This document shows, piece after piece, positions 38,801 through 49,397 of a stretch of 64,000 bases of DNA; positions within the stretch are counted from its first letter, which is position 1, and the number at the start of each line of letters is the position of its first letter. The stretch is from Macrostomum lignano. Lineage: Eukaryota. The notes beneath the pieces are model-generated. The model had not been told where the DNA came from and made no database searches. It saw nothing but the letters and a program-made list of their open reading frames with translations. The stretch spans positions 62,001 to 126,000 of the forward strand of contig NIVC01001998.1 of the NCBI GenBank assembly GCA_002269645.1, written 5' to 3'. Both the position numbers and the translations under genes were made by a program.

Positions 38801-41800
38801 ATCCTCTGCTCCCTCATCCTCTGCTCCCTCATCCTCTGCTCCCTCATCCTCTGCTCCCTCATCCTCTGCTCCCTCATCCTCCACTCCCTCATCCTCCACT
38901 CCCTCATCCTCTGCTCCCTCATCCTCTGCTCCCTCATCCTCTGCTCCCTCATCCTCCACTCCCTCATCCTCCACTCCCTCATCCTCCACTCCCTCATCCT
39001 CCACTCCCTCATCCTCCACTCCCTCATCCTCCACTCCCTCATCCTCCACTCCCTCATCCTCCACTCCCTCATCCTCTGCTCCCTCATCCTCTGCTCCCTC
39101 ATCCTCTGCTCCCTCATCCTCCACTCCCTCATCCTCCACTCCCTCATCCTCCACTCCCTCATCCTCCACTCCCTCATCCTTCACTCGCTCATCCTCCACT
39201 CCCTCATCCTCTGCTCCCTCATCCTCTGCTCCCTCATCCTCTGCTCCCTCATCCTCTGCTCCCTCATCCTCTGCTCCCTCATCCTCCACTCCCTCATCCT
39301 CCACTCCCTCATCCTCTGCTCCCTCATCCTCCACTCCCTCATCCTCTGCTCCCTCATCCTCAGCTCCCTCATCCTCTGCTCCCTCATCCTCTCTCATCCT
39401 CACTCCTCATCACTCCCTCATCCTCTGCTCCCTCATCCTCTGCTCCCTCATCCTCTGCTCCCTCATCCTCTGCTCCCTCATCCTCCACTCCCTCATCCTC
39501 ACTCCCTCATCCTCCACTCCCTCATCCTCCACTCCCTCATCCTCTGCTCCCTCATCCTCCACTCCCTCATCCTCCACTCCCTCATCCTCCACTCCCTCAT
39601 CCTCCACTCCCTCATCCTCTGCTCCCTCATCCTCTGCTCTCTCATCCTCTGCTCCCTCATCCTCTGCTCCCTCATCCTCACTCCCTCATCCTCTGCTCCC
39701 TCATCCTCTGCTCCCTCATCCTCTGCTCCCTCATCCTCTGCTCCCTCATCCTCCACTCCCTCATCCTCTGCTCCCTCATCCTCTGCTCCCTCATCCTCTG
39801 CTCCCTCATCCTCTGCTCCCTCATCCTCTGCTCCCTCATCCTCTGCTCCCTCATCCTCCACTCCCTCATCCTCCACTCCCTCATCCTCCACTCCCTCATC
39901 CTCCACTCCCTCATCCTCTGCTCCCTCATCCTCCACTCCCTCATCCTCCACTCCCTCATCCTCTGCTCCCTCATCCTCTGCTCCCTCATCCTTCCCTCCT
40001 TCATCCTCCGCTCCTTCATCCTCCTCCCTTGCATCCTTCACTCCTCTGTTCCTTCCCTAGCTTTGCAGGTAAATAAAATGTATAGCCCCTTTTTAATACC
40101 TACAGTTACTACTAAAGGTTACTAAACTAAGTAGTCACACTAGGATTCACTTTTCATGACACACTCTAAGTGAGGTGGCAGAGTCACACCATGGAATCTG
40201 AGAGTCACACCATGGAATCTGGGAGTCACACCATGAAATCTGAGGGTCACATCATGGAATCGAGAGTCACACCATAGAATCTGAGTGAGGTGGCAGAGAG
40301 TCGCACCATGGAATCTGAGATGCACACCATGGAATCTGAGATTCACACCATGGAATCTGAGATGCACACCATGGAATCTGAGATTCACACCATGGAATCT
40401 GAGATGCACACCATGGAATCTGGGAGTCACACCATGAAATCTGAGGGTCACATCATGGAATCGAGAGTCACACCATAGAATCTGAGTGAGGTGGCAGAGA
40501 GTCGCACCATGGAATCTGAGAGTCACACCATAGAATCCGAGTGAGGTGGCAGCGAGTCACACCATAGAATCTGAGTGAGGTGGCAGAGAGTCGCACCATG
40601 GAATCTGAGAGTCACACCATAGAATCCGAGTGAGGTGGCAGCGAGTCACACCATAGAATCTGAGTGAGGTATCAGGGTGCACCACTTGCCCAGCAATGGT
40701 CACTAAGACTCACAATTATCGCTATTCTGAGGCTCCAAACTCTCTGTCGCAAGCAGCACTCGCAGCGCAGGCCTTGCGCAGCCGGCCACCACAGATTCCG
40801 GACCCTCATTCCCCATAGCCAGATCCGGACTGGCAAAGAAATCCGCTCTGTCGCGCCTGTGCCAGTCGGCTGGAAGCGGGTGCAGCCGGGAGCCTCGGGG
40901 GTACACTTGGGCGAGTTGGCGACCTAGTCGAGCCGACACCAGCACGCTGACGTCCCCGAAGCTCAGTCGGCATCCAACTTGTTCAGTGAGAGATGCCAAA
41001 ATGCCAGAGGCTTGCTCAAAGCCTGCCTGATTTTGGAAAAGGAAAAGTACATGATGATACAAGTTCAAGCTACACAAAGCGGTACTCTCTCAGCTACACA
41101 AAGCGGCACTCTCTCAGCTACACAAAGCGGCACTCTCTCAGCTACACAAAATGGCACTCTCTCAGCTACACAAAGTGGCACTCTCAGCTACACAAAGTGG
41201 CACTCTCAGCTACACAAAGTGGCACTCTCTCAGCTACACAAAGTGGCACTCTCTCAGCTACACAAAGTGGCACTCTCTCAGCTACACAAAGTGGCACTCT
41301 CTCAGCTACACAAAGTGGCACTCTCAGCTACACAAAGTGGCACTCTCTCAACTACACAAAGTGGCACTCTCTCAGCTACACAAAGTGGCACTCTCTCAGC
41401 TACACAAAGTGGCACTCTCTCAGCTACACAAAGTGGCACTCTCAGCTACACAAAGTGGCACTCTCTCAGCTACACAAAGTGGCACTCTCTCAGCTACACA
41501 AAGTGGCACTCTCTCAGCTACACAAAGTGGCACTCTCTCAGCTACACAAAGTGGCACTCTCTCAGCTACACAAAGTGGCACTCTCAGCTACACAAAGTGG
41601 CACTCTCAGCTACACAAAGTGGCACTCTCAGCTACACAAAGTGGCACTCTCTCCTACACAAAGTGGCACTCTCTCCTACACAAAGTGGCACTCTCTCAGC
41701 TACACAAAGTGGCACTCTCAGCTACACAAAGTGGCACTCTCTCAGCTACACAAAGTGGCACTCTCAGCTACACAAAGTGGCACTCTCTCAACTACACAAA

Positions 41801-42369
41801 GTGGCACTCTCTCAGCTACACAAAGTGGCACTCTCTCAGCTACACAAAGTGGCACTCTCTCAGCTACACAAAGTGGCACTCTCTCAGCTACACAAAGTGG
41901 CACTCTCTCAGCTACACAAAGTGGCACTCTCAGCTACACAAAGTGGCACTCTCTCAACTACACAAAGTGGCACTCTCTCAGCTACACAAAGTGGCACTCT
42001 CAGCTACACAAAGTGGCACTCTCAGCTACACAAAGTGGCACTCTCAGCTACACAAAGTGGCACTCTCAGCTACACAAAGTGGCACTCTCAGCTACACAAA
42101 GTGCACTCTCTCAGCAACAAAAAGTGACACTCTAAGCTTCCAGCCATATAGAGAAGTGATGCTGAGGATACCCGGATGTTCTGTAGCAGCAAGGCGTACT
42201 GCTCCACTGACAGTGAAGTTGCAGAATCTTCCTCCAAGAACACCAGCAGCTTCCTATAGCGACCATTAGTCAGGCGAAGCTCGCTCCTTTCGCTAGCAAC
42301 AAAGTCTGGCTGAGTCGCGATGCAGATTGAGATCAAAACAGTCAGTGCAATGCTTTGGTTTAGAAGCAT
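32430..42369 (-). CDS. CLCA: Gene 3 (whole span, 9 exons, 960 aa): CLCA-family protein (CLCA_N, VWA, beta-sheet region, FN3-like, hydrophobic tail), HExxH absent
   Basis: Exons 42369-42172, 41026-40714, 37377-36821, 36172-35945, 34891-34571, 34345-34094, 33997-33646, 33446-33162, 32806-32430; 2883 nt open. CLCA hallmarks: signal peptide, ADFF..GNEGP..C, RWG, ASFLFA..FC..HN..A.N..N..C, DTSGS, GGT, LLSDG, VDSSI, DNGAGADLKANDGTYS, ITDL..LSWTA. Confidence 0.9.
33162..33446 (-). CDS. CLCA-like exon 8
   Basis: Acceptor attcag, donor A|GTATGT; internal GTGAGT at 33390 has no in-frame acceptor. Confidence 0.72.
33646..33997 (-). CDS. CLCA-like exon 7
   Basis: Acceptor aattag, donor G|GTAGGT; ends LTDNGA. 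Confidence 0.85.
34094..34345 (-). CDS. CLCA-like exon 6
   Basis: Acceptor cctcag, donor GTG|GTGAGT. Confidence 0.85.
34571..34891 (-). CDS. CLCA-like exon 5 (VWA)
   Basis: Acceptor aaccag, donor ACC|GTGAGT. Confidence 0.87.
34990..35890. repeat. 15-bp minisatellite, CLCA intron 4
   Basis: Units ctggtgctggcgccc grading into ggtgctaaagcccct. Confidence 0.93.
35945..36172 (-). CDS. CLCA-like exon 4 (VWA)
   Basis: Acceptor acgcag, donor CAG|GTGAGG. Confidence 0.9.
36255..36780. repeat. 24-bp minisatellite, CLCA intron 3
   Basis: Unit cttggtgacgaatctcgggagtat. Confidence 0.9.
36821..37377 (-). CDS. CLCA-like exon 3 (degenerate HExxH region, Cys-rich region, start of VWA)
   Basis: Acceptor tcacag, donor AGC|GTGAGT. 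Confidence 0.9.
37506..40040. repeat. 15-bp two-variant minisatellite (2.5 kb), CLCA intron 2
   Basis: Units ccctcatcctctgct / ccctcatcctccact. Confidence 0.97.
40165..40668. repeat. 21-bp-based minisatellite, CLCA intron 2
   Basis: Unit cacaccatggaatctgagagt. Confidence 0.88.
40714..41026 (-). CDS. CLCA-like exon 2
   Basis: Acceptor aatcag, donor T|GTGAGT. Confidence 0.85.
41063..42118. repeat. 24/22-bp minisatellite, CLCA intron 1
   Basis: Unit ctctcagctacacaaagtggcact. Confidence 0.95.
42172..42369 (-). CDS. CLCA-like exon 1 (signal peptide)
   Basis: ATG 42369, donor CGG|GTATCC (weak donor). Confidence 0.75.
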
Positions 42370-43092
42370 TTCTCCTTAAGAAGTCGGCTTCCGGGAAATT
42401 AAGATTTTTAGACTTGTAAAGCGGCTTGAAAATGACGATCAAACTGCAGGTTTCTGTATATATACATGGACTGCAGCTTGTTAGTTGCTACTTTTAGTAG
42501 CAGCAATGACACGGCACAAATGTTTTTGTTCGCCATCCAGAAATTCTTATACGATTACGTTAAATTAATTTTTTCAACAAATTACGATTCCAAAACACTG
42601 TTAAATATCAAATAATCTACATTTCAATCAATTTCTAACAGATATTCTGTCTTTGTAAGCCTTCGCAAAAACCTTAACAATTAATAATCTTTTGGCGCAA
42701 TTTGTCGTACAATTAATAACTGACGAGAGCAAACGTTAAGGTTCTCCGACTAAATGAGTCTTGCAAATGGCTACGCCACTTGCGTATTGCTGTCGGAGGG
42801 CGACTTTCTGCGTTTCTGCTGGGCCATGGTTGGCAAGGACAAAACTGGCGTCTGCTGCGTGACAGCAAAGCAGCCCCCACCAGACATTCCGACAGCAATA
42901 AAGATCCTGAGATCCGCGGCTGCCAACTCATTGCGGATCCACTCTCTCTCTCTCCCTCCTCTACTCATATGGTTGCGCTTAATTATTAATTTGGCCGCAG
43001 TCGGTGAGCTCAGTAAGATCTGTAAAACGGTTAGTCCTCCTGTGTAGTTTGGTCGGTCCAGTGTGCAGTCGGTTTTCAACAATCTATACAAC

Positions 43093-43349
43093 TGTTAAAG
43101 AAATAATCAAGTCTAATAAATCTGAGGGTTAGACTTTAACAAAAAAAACAGGTAAATGTGCCCTGTGGCTAAATTATTGCTTATATATTAAATTAAATCG
43201 ATGTTCTCTCTCTCCAACTCTCTGACTCAACAACGCCTCACGCACATCAACCCCACCCCAACACACTCTGAGACGGGGACCGCCAAGTGTACACTGGCGA
43301 CGCTACACATAGCAGAGGGTCGGTACGCAGGCACTCCAAATCCAATACA
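43093..43349 (-). repeat. 3' LTR (257 bp)
   Basis: Preceded on the minus strand by PPT AGGGGGAG (43350-43357). Confidence 0.93.
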
Positions 43350-43718
43350 CTCCCCCTAATGATGCTTCATCATTACAGTAGTTAACATTGATATTCGAAA
43401 AAAGAAACTCGCTATTAACTTAAATGAAATTAAACGAAACGAATAGCAAAAAACAAACGAACAACAAAAAACGCTCCAACATTACAACAGACTTACAACA
43501 GACAACATGACTAAAAATGTGACACACCATCACCAGAGTACTGAGTTAACGAAAAAGTAGGAACAAAGGGAAAACGAAACTCAAAAAAAACGCGTGAAGT
43601 CGGAGGGCTCCGGAGGGCTCGGAGGGCTCTCGGAGGGAGTGAAAATTACTGCGAACTAAAACTAAACAGAAACTCGAAACAACGATTAGAACAGTCATTG
43701 AAAGTCAGTTACTTAAGT

Positions 43719-46700
43719 TCATTCAGTCACAGCTTCCAGCAAAATCAGGTTCTCCACCGGTCGGCGAATCAAGCATCTCCTGGGACCGCGGCCAGGTCTG
43801 GGCGCGACTCGAACCGTTGCAGATCTCACCGCCCCGTCTCGGCCAGGATGCACCGACTCGATGACACCGGTACACCATGTAAGCCTCGGCTGCCCGGCCT
43901 CACCTTTCACCAGGACGATGTCGCCGGCCGTAGCTTCTCGAGTTACGCCATGCTTGGGACTTAGATTATGTTCTCGCAGGCTGGTCAGATACTGTCGCTC
44001 CCAGCAGTCCCAGAAGGCTTGCAGTCTGGCGCGCATTCGCCTCAGCAGTGTTGGCAACGGCAGCAGGAGCTCGGGCGTACCGCTAGAAGTTGGCTCCGCC
44101 GTTAGCCGTTGCAGGACCAGAAAGTGCGCCGGCGTCAGGACTTCTCCGTTGGTTTCGGCATCCACGTAGAGTAGAGGCCGACTGTTGAGCACCGCTTCCA
44201 CCTCCATTAGCACTGTCCGCAGTTCGTCCAGCGTCAGGGTTGCGTTGAGGATGGTCTTGCGCAAAGCCAGCTTGATGTCCCTCATCAGTCGCTCCCAGAA
44301 GCCTCCTTGCCACGGTGCGCGTTCGACGATGAATTGCCAGGTGATTTTCCTGGTGGCGCAGAAGTCTTGAACTTGTCGACTCTCCGACGCCTGAAGTATT
44401 TTGGCAGCCTTGGTGAATGTCTTGGCGTTGTCACTGATGAGATTGGGAATTCCTCTCCGAGCACAGAACCGTCGGAGGGCTCGCAGGAAGGTCTCGGTCG
44501 TCAAGTCGCTCACCAGTTCCAGGTGAAGGGCTCGCGTGGCCGCACAGGTGAAAACCAGGATATAGCCTTTCTCGATCTCTGTGTCCTCCATCAGTTTGAC
44601 AGGTCCGCAGTAGTCGAGTCCGCACCACTCAAAGGCTCTCCCAGACTTCACGCGTGCTTCAGGTAAGGCTGGGATTTGCTTCACTGCATATGGTAGTCCT
44701 TGAAGACGTCTGCAGACAAAGCAACTTCTCAGGATCGACTTGACTCGCTGTCTTCCTCTGATTAGCCAGAATCTCTCTCGCAGCTTACAAAGAGTGCTGG
44801 GCACTCCCCCGTGCAGAACCTTGGCGTGAGCGTCCCAGATGAGAAGAAGCTCCAGGTGTGACTTGCTCGGGATCAGAATCGGACAGTCAACCTCGGCAGA
44901 GGCGTTGGACTCCTTCAATCGACCTTGGCTTCGGAGAATACTCTTGTTGTCGAGAAAAAGATTCAACTGCCTGCTGAGATCTGTACTGGCCGCTGACTCC
45001 TGAATGTGAGCAATTTCGGCTTGAAAACTCCGTTTCTGCACTTCTCGCAGCCAGCGCTCTTCAGCTTCAAGGACTTCTGCTGCAGCCAGTGGTCCCACTC
45101 GCTCCTCCCCCGCTGCAGAAGTTCTAGCTTGCAGGTTTCTGACGAAGCGTAGGACATAGGCTGTCACCCGAATCAGCTTGATCCAGGATGAGAAGTTCGT
45201 GTCATTGAGAACTTCCTGTAGACTGATGTCAGGACCGGCTTCAGTTAGCAGAACAACTGGACGGTTCGCTTGTGTCTTCTGCTCCTCGGCAACTGCCGCT
45301 GTCGGTAAGCTGAGAAAGGATTGGTCGGGCCAATCGTCAGGAGGTCGTGCCAGCCAGTCTGGACCGTGCCACCAGCTGTCGTCCGCCTTCAACTTGCTCG
45401 CTGATGTTCCTCGAGATGCAACGTCCGCCGGATTCTCCTCGCCTGGGACATGTCTCCAGGCATCCTCTGGCACCAGGCGGCGGATCTCCGTCACCCGATT
45501 ATGAACAAAGAGCTTCCAGGGTCTGTGCTGCCGGATCCAGTAGAGCGTGTCGGCACTGTCTGTCCAGCAAAACACCTGGCGAACCTGAGGATACTGACTC
45601 ATGGATGATGTCAACAGTCTGGCGAGTATCAAGGCACCCAGGAGTTCGAGCCGAGGAATTGAAAGAACCGACAGTGGAGCCACTCTCGCCTTGGCGGCCA
45701 CCAGGTTGCAGCTGACGGAACCATCGGTGTACTGCACTCGCAGGTAAAGACACGCCGCATAGCATTTGATTGACGCATCACAGAACCCATGCAGCTGTAT
45801 CTCCTCGACCTCCTTCGTCGCCGAAAGCACCAACCTTGGAACTTGAAATCGACCTGCCAGCATCTCCTGCAACCACTTCAGCCACTGCTGCTTAATCGGC
45901 TCCTTTAGCGGGCAGTCCCAAGCGATCTTTTCAACGCACAGCTTCTGGAACATCGATTTCGGCAACGTAAGCAGCGGAACCAGGAAGCCCAGAGGATCGT
46001 AGACACGGGCCAGCAGCTGTAGCACGACACGCTTGGAGGGCGACGCCTTGAGCAAATCTTCTGGCGGAGAAAACTGCAGCACGAACACGTCCGATCCTGT
46101 CTCCCATCGCAGCCCGAGGACTTTTGACGATACGCCATCTTCGCCCAAGGAGGCGGCTGAATAGCTGGAGGGGTCCTCCGTGATGTCCTTCGTCACCGCC
46201 GACAACGCCGGAGCAAGAACATCACTGTCAAGTGTGCTGGCGCGAACCACTTTCAATACATTTTTGCTGTTGGACTGCCAGTGTCGCAGATTCATTCCGG
46301 CCTGTTGGAATATGTGCCGTGATTTTTGGATGAGATCCAGGGCCTGCTGTTCATCCACGCACCCAGAGATCAGGTTGTCTACATAGATTTCTTTGGACAC
46401 CTTATCCACGAACTCTGCATGCTGGCCTCGGTGAGATGCCAAGTGGTGTTGAATGACAGTCTCCAGGACGGCAGGTGAGCAGGTGAGTCCGAACACCAGA
46501 GCAGCGTAGCGCAGAACAACGAGAGGTGAATCAGCTTGACTGGGATCCCGTGGCCAGAGGAATCGTAGAGCATCGCGGTCGTCTTCTGCAATTCGGATCT
46601 GCAAAAAAGCCTTCTCAATATCGGCAGTCAAGGCGATCGGATGAAGTCGAAATGCCTGAAGCAGTCGCGGAATCTCGGCCAACGAACAGGTTCCTGTTTC

Positions 46701-49196
46701 CAGACAGTCATTCAGCGATGGACTGCACTGATCTCGCTTGGCACTCGCGTCGAAAACCACTCGAACTTTGGTCGATTCAGCTTCAGGACGGATTACGGCT
46801 CGGTGGGGTAGGTAGTGGATGAGATCGCTGGTCCCATCTGGAGCTTCTTCGACTACGCCAGCTTCCTTCTGACTGGTCAGAATGCGGTGGTACTCCTGAA
46901 GTAGCGCAGGCTCACGACGCAGCCTCGTCAGATTGGTCTTTAGTCTCTTGAACGCTACCTCGAAGTTGTCGGGCAATCTTAATTCCTTTTTGGGAATCTT
47001 CCACGGCAGCTGAACTGAGTAGCGACCCTCTTGGAACTGGGCATTCAGAGTCAGTGGACGCTGATCAGGCTCGGCTGCACTTCTGATGCCGAGACCTTCT
47101 AAAGTCCAGAACGCCTCGATGGTGCTGCTGTCCAGACCTTTCTCCGCTCCTTGAGCACAGCAGAGAAGAACCTGCTCTGACCTGGTCTCTAGCTCACTTG
47201 CGGCGATCCCATCTGACAGTGACCCGCACAGCAACCAACCGAGCTGACTGGATACGGCAACTGGACCGGAGCCGACCTCTGAGCGAATCACTTGACCTGT
47301 GACGAGGTCGTAGAATTGGTCAGCTCCGATGAGGATACTGATCTCGGGATTCTGTTCACCACCGATGTCCCAGTCTGCCATGTCGAGGTGTTGAAAGTGC
47401 TTCATGCACAAGCTGCTGACAACTGGCTGATGAGAGCAGATGTAAGGCACTGTGTTGGCGCGCACTGTGAACTGGGCGGTGCTGTCAGATTTCCGAAGCT
47501 TGAACTCGACCATCGCAGTCTGCAGCACCTTGGCCTCTGTGCCACCGAATGTTGTCACCTCCATCGTCTCTCTGCCCATGACCTGGAGCCCCATCTTCTC
47601 AGCCAAGCTGGTCAAGATGAACGAACGGTTGCTTGCAGAGTCAAAGAGAATTCGCACCGGAGTCTCCTGATTGTTAACAGTCGAAATCAGTACAGCTCCC
47701 GCTGTTGGAAGGATCACTGTTTGAGCTTTTGTCACCATAGCCATGGTCTTCACTTCTTGACTCTTCACATTCTGTGCAGCAGCCTGCTCGGACTTCTTCC
47801 GGTCTTCTCCCACCTTTCCAAGTGTGGAGCCGGGTGCCTTCGGTCCATCCTTACCCTGCAGCTTCTCCATGCGTGCGCTACAGAGACTTGGGTGATGCTT
47901 CATCTGGCAGAATTCACATTGCTTCTTTTGGTAGCAGGTCTTGACGCTGTGTCCCTTGCAGAGACAGCTGAAGCAACGCCTCTGCTCCTTCAAAAACTGG
48001 AGTCGTGCCGCAACGTCTACCAGGCGAGTGCACTTCTCTGGAGCATGTTCAGTTTCGCAGAAGGGACAAGCCGGGCTGACCTTTTTGACCTTCGTGTGAA
48101 GCGCAGCCACTGTGCCGCCATCCCTTGTCTGTTTCTCACCAGCAGTCTTGGACGCTCCATTGGAACCGGACGTCTGCCCTGCAGCTCCAACGGCCGCCTC
48201 CTCCCGGACTAAAATCTCCATTTCCAAGACCTGAAGAAACTCCGTCACAGAATCTAAGCCATTGCCATCCCTCATCTGCGACAAGCTGCTACCAAAGGAA
48301 TAACCGACGAAAGCAATCCGAGCAGTTCTCAGCATCCCGAGACGAACGACTTCCGGCAGCTTCGCCAGCAAGTTGGGCAGCAACATGGACTCGTAAGATT
48401 CGACACTCACCCCGAGATTCGTCAGACTGCGGACATTTCCATTGACTTGGTCGTAGAAATTCCTCAGGTGCTGTGCCGACGAACTGGAGCAGGTCAGCAC
48501 CGAGAACTTTGCCAGGTGCTCGCGCACGGCTCCGTTGCGGGATCCAAATCGTCGTTGCAGGTTGTCGATGGCGATATGGTAGTTGTCCTTCGTGATGTTG
48601 AGACCAGCGATCGAGTTTCGGGCTTCCCCAGACAGACACGACTGCAGGTAGCTGAATTTGTCGACGACACTCAGGCTCGGGTTGTCATGGATACTAGAGT
48701 TGAAGCGGTCCCAGAATTCCGTCCATTGGGTCCGATCGCCACTGAATGACGGTGGCGGCAGTTTTGGCAACCTGATGGCAGTCTGAGTCCTTGTCGTTGA
48801 AGAATTCTCTTCCGAAGACTTGGACGAAGTCGTCGTCTGTATGGCTGTATTCTGCAGCAGATTTGTTGCCTGCGGCGTGCCGGTCCGCGCGGTCTGAAGC
48901 TCCTGGAGCCGTCTGGTGAGGTTCGAGATCAATTTGCCAGCCAGCAGGTCGTACTCCATTGTCGTCCCTGCTTCAGCCTGCACGTCCTTCTCGTCAACCT
49001 CCGCGGCGAGCTCTTCATCTGCTGCTTGGAGCTGCTGCTTCTTGAACCGTAGAGCCTCTAGAACGCTGTCGATTTCATCTTCAGCAGCATCTGTTTTGAG
49101 CAGGTCTTCGGCTTTCTGTGCCAGTCTGGTGACCGTCGCTCGTAACACGCCTCTCTTCCTGGAGTCCATGCTGTTGTTGAAAAATCGCTGAGTCAC
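43719..49196 (-). CDS. gag-pol: BEL/Pao gag-pol polyprotein (1825 aa)
   Basis: DUF1759-type gag (FSGDRTQWTEFWDRF), three Cys/His knuckles, protease (LFDSAS), RT (DIEKAFLQI, YVDNL), RNase H (LHGFCDAS), integrase (HGG..CFVC, GLDY, SDN, GGFWER), DUF5641-type C-terminus; BEL domain order. Confidence 0.96.
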   Translation of the reverse strand: MTQRFFNNSMDSRKRGVLRATVTRLAQKAEDLLKTDAAEDEIDSVLEALRFKKQQLQAADEELAAEVDEKDVQAEAGTTMEYDLLAGKLISNLTRRLQELQTARTGTPQATNLLQNTAIQTTTSSKSSEENSSTTRTQTAIRLPKLPPPSFSGDRTQWTEFWDRFNSSIHDNPSLSVVDKFSYLQSCLSGEARNSIAGLNITKDNYHIAIDNLQRRFGSRNGAVREHLAKFSVLTCSSSSAQHLRNFYDQVNGNVRSLTNLGVSVESYESMLLPNLLAKLPEVVRLGMLRTARIAFVGYSFGSSLSQMRDGNGLDSVTEFLQVLEMEILVREEAAVGAAGQTSGSNGASKTAGEKQTRDGGTVAALHTKVKKVSPACPFCETEHAPEKCTRLVDVAARLQFLKEQRRCFSCLCKGHSVKTCYQKKQCEFCQMKHHPSLCSARMEKLQGKDGPKAPGSTLGKVGEDRKKSEQAAAQNVKSQEVKTMAMVTKAQTVILPTAGAVLISTVNNQETPVRILFDSASNRSFILTSLAEKMGLQVMGRETMEVTTFGGTEAKVLQTAMVEFKLRKSDSTAQFTVRANTVPYICSHQPVVSSLCMKHFQHLDMADWDIGGEQNPEISILIGADQFYDLVTGQVIRSEVGSGPVAVSSQLGWLLCGSLSDGIAASELETRSEQVLLCCAQGAEKGLDSSTIEAFWTLEGLGIRSAAEPDQRPLTLNAQFQEGRYSVQLPWKIPKKELRLPDNFEVAFKRLKTNLTRLRREPALLQEYHRILTSQKEAGVVEEAPDGTSDLIHYLPHRAVIRPEAESTKVRVVFDASAKRDQCSPSLNDCLETGTCSLAEIPRLLQAFRLHPIALTADIEKAFLQIRIAEDDRDALRFLWPRDPSQADSPLVVLRYAALVFGLTCSPAVLETVIQHHLASHRGQHAEFVDKVSKEIYVDNLISGCVDEQQALDLIQKSRHIFQQAGMNLRHWQSNSKNVLKVVRASTLDSDVLAPALSAVTKDITEDPSSYSAASLGEDGVSSKVLGLRWETGSDVFVLQFSPPEDLLKASPSKRVVLQLLARVYDPLGFLVPLLTLPKSMFQKLCVEKIAWDCPLKEPIKQQWLKWLQEMLAGRFQVPRLVLSATKEVEEIQLHGFCDASIKCYAACLYLRVQYTDGSVSCNLVAAKARVAPLSVLSIPRLELLGALILARLLTSSMSQYPQVRQVFCWTDSADTLYWIRQHRPWKLFVHNRVTEIRRLVPEDAWRHVPGEENPADVASRGTSASKLKADDSWWHGPDWLARPPDDWPDQSFLSLPTAAVAEEQKTQANRPVVLLTEAGPDISLQEVLNDTNFSSWIKLIRVTAYVLRFVRNLQARTSAAGEERVGPLAAAEVLEAEERWLREVQKRSFQAEIAHIQESAASTDLSRQLNLFLDNKSILRSQGRLKESNASAEVDCPILIPSKSHLELLLIWDAHAKVLHGGVPSTLCKLRERFWLIRGRQRVKSILRSCFVCRRLQGLPYAVKQIPALPEARVKSGRAFEWCGLDYCGPVKLMEDTEIEKGYILVFTCAATRALHLELVSDLTTETFLRALRRFCARRGIPNLISDNAKTFTKAAKILQASESRQVQDFCATRKITWQFIVERAPWQGGFWERLMRDIKLALRKTILNATLTLDELRTVLMEVEAVLNSRPLLYVDAETNGEVLTPAHFLVLQRLTAEPTSSGTPELLLPLPTLLRRMRARLQAFWDCWERQYLTSLREHNLSPKHGVTREATAGDIVLVKGEAGQPRLTWCTGVIESVHPGRDGAVRSATVRVAPRPGRGPRRCLIRRPVENLILLEAVTE

Positions 49197-49239
49197 TGTA
49201 GCACTCTTGCGCTCACTGCTTGATTTTACTGTGATTTTG

Positions 49240-49251
49240 GTTCGGGCGCCA
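49240..49251 (-). promoter_or_regulatory. Primer-binding site (tRNA-Lys type)
   Basis: TGGCGCCCGAAC directly follows the 5' LTR on the minus strand; matches the first 12 nt of the tRNA-Lys(UUU) PBS TGGCGCCCGAACAGGGAC. Confidence 0.75.
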
Positions 49252-49397
49252 TGTTAAAGAAATAATCAAGTCTAATAAATCTGAGGGTTAGACTTTAACA
49301 AAAAAACAGGTAAATGAGCCCTGTGGCTAAATTATTGCTTATATATTAAATTAAATCGAGCAGAGGGTCGGTACGCAGGCACTCCAAATCCAATACA
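49252..49397 (-). repeat. 5' LTR (146 bp; lacks 110 bp present in the 3' LTR)
   Basis: Matches the 3' LTR except for the missing 43202-43311 segment, 1 substitution and 1 homopolymer indel. Confidence 0.93.

Larger units (their letters stand above)
43093..49397 (-). mobile_element. BEL/Pao LTR retrotransposon, apparently intact
   Basis: LTRs 43093-43349 and 49252-49397 (TG...CA); 5-bp TSD ACAAC at 43088-43092 and 49398-49402; PBS and PPT present; single 1825-aa ORF. Confidence 0.96.

Noticed and set aside
37412-40125. Overlapping 560-880 aa ORFs (PSSSA, EDEGA, LHSLI, MREQR repeats)
   Set aside because: Translations of a 15-bp intronic minisatellite, open in several frames on both strands because the unit is a stop-free multiple of 3; the CLCA exons splice around it in phase
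40979-42269. ~380-aa ORFs (ATQSGTLS repeats), resembling a mucin or antifreeze protein
   Set aside because: 24/22-bp array antisense within CLCA intron 1; the same peptide swaps among three frames as units slip
42713-43091. Small ORFs upstream of CLCA, one with a GMSGGG hydrolase-like motif
   Set aside because: Isolated motif, no convincing exon partners, and competing ORFs in four frames
43350-43718. env-like or extra ORF in the BEL 3' region
   Set aside because: Only ~370 nt, A-rich on the + strand with a short cggagggct repeat; no ORF
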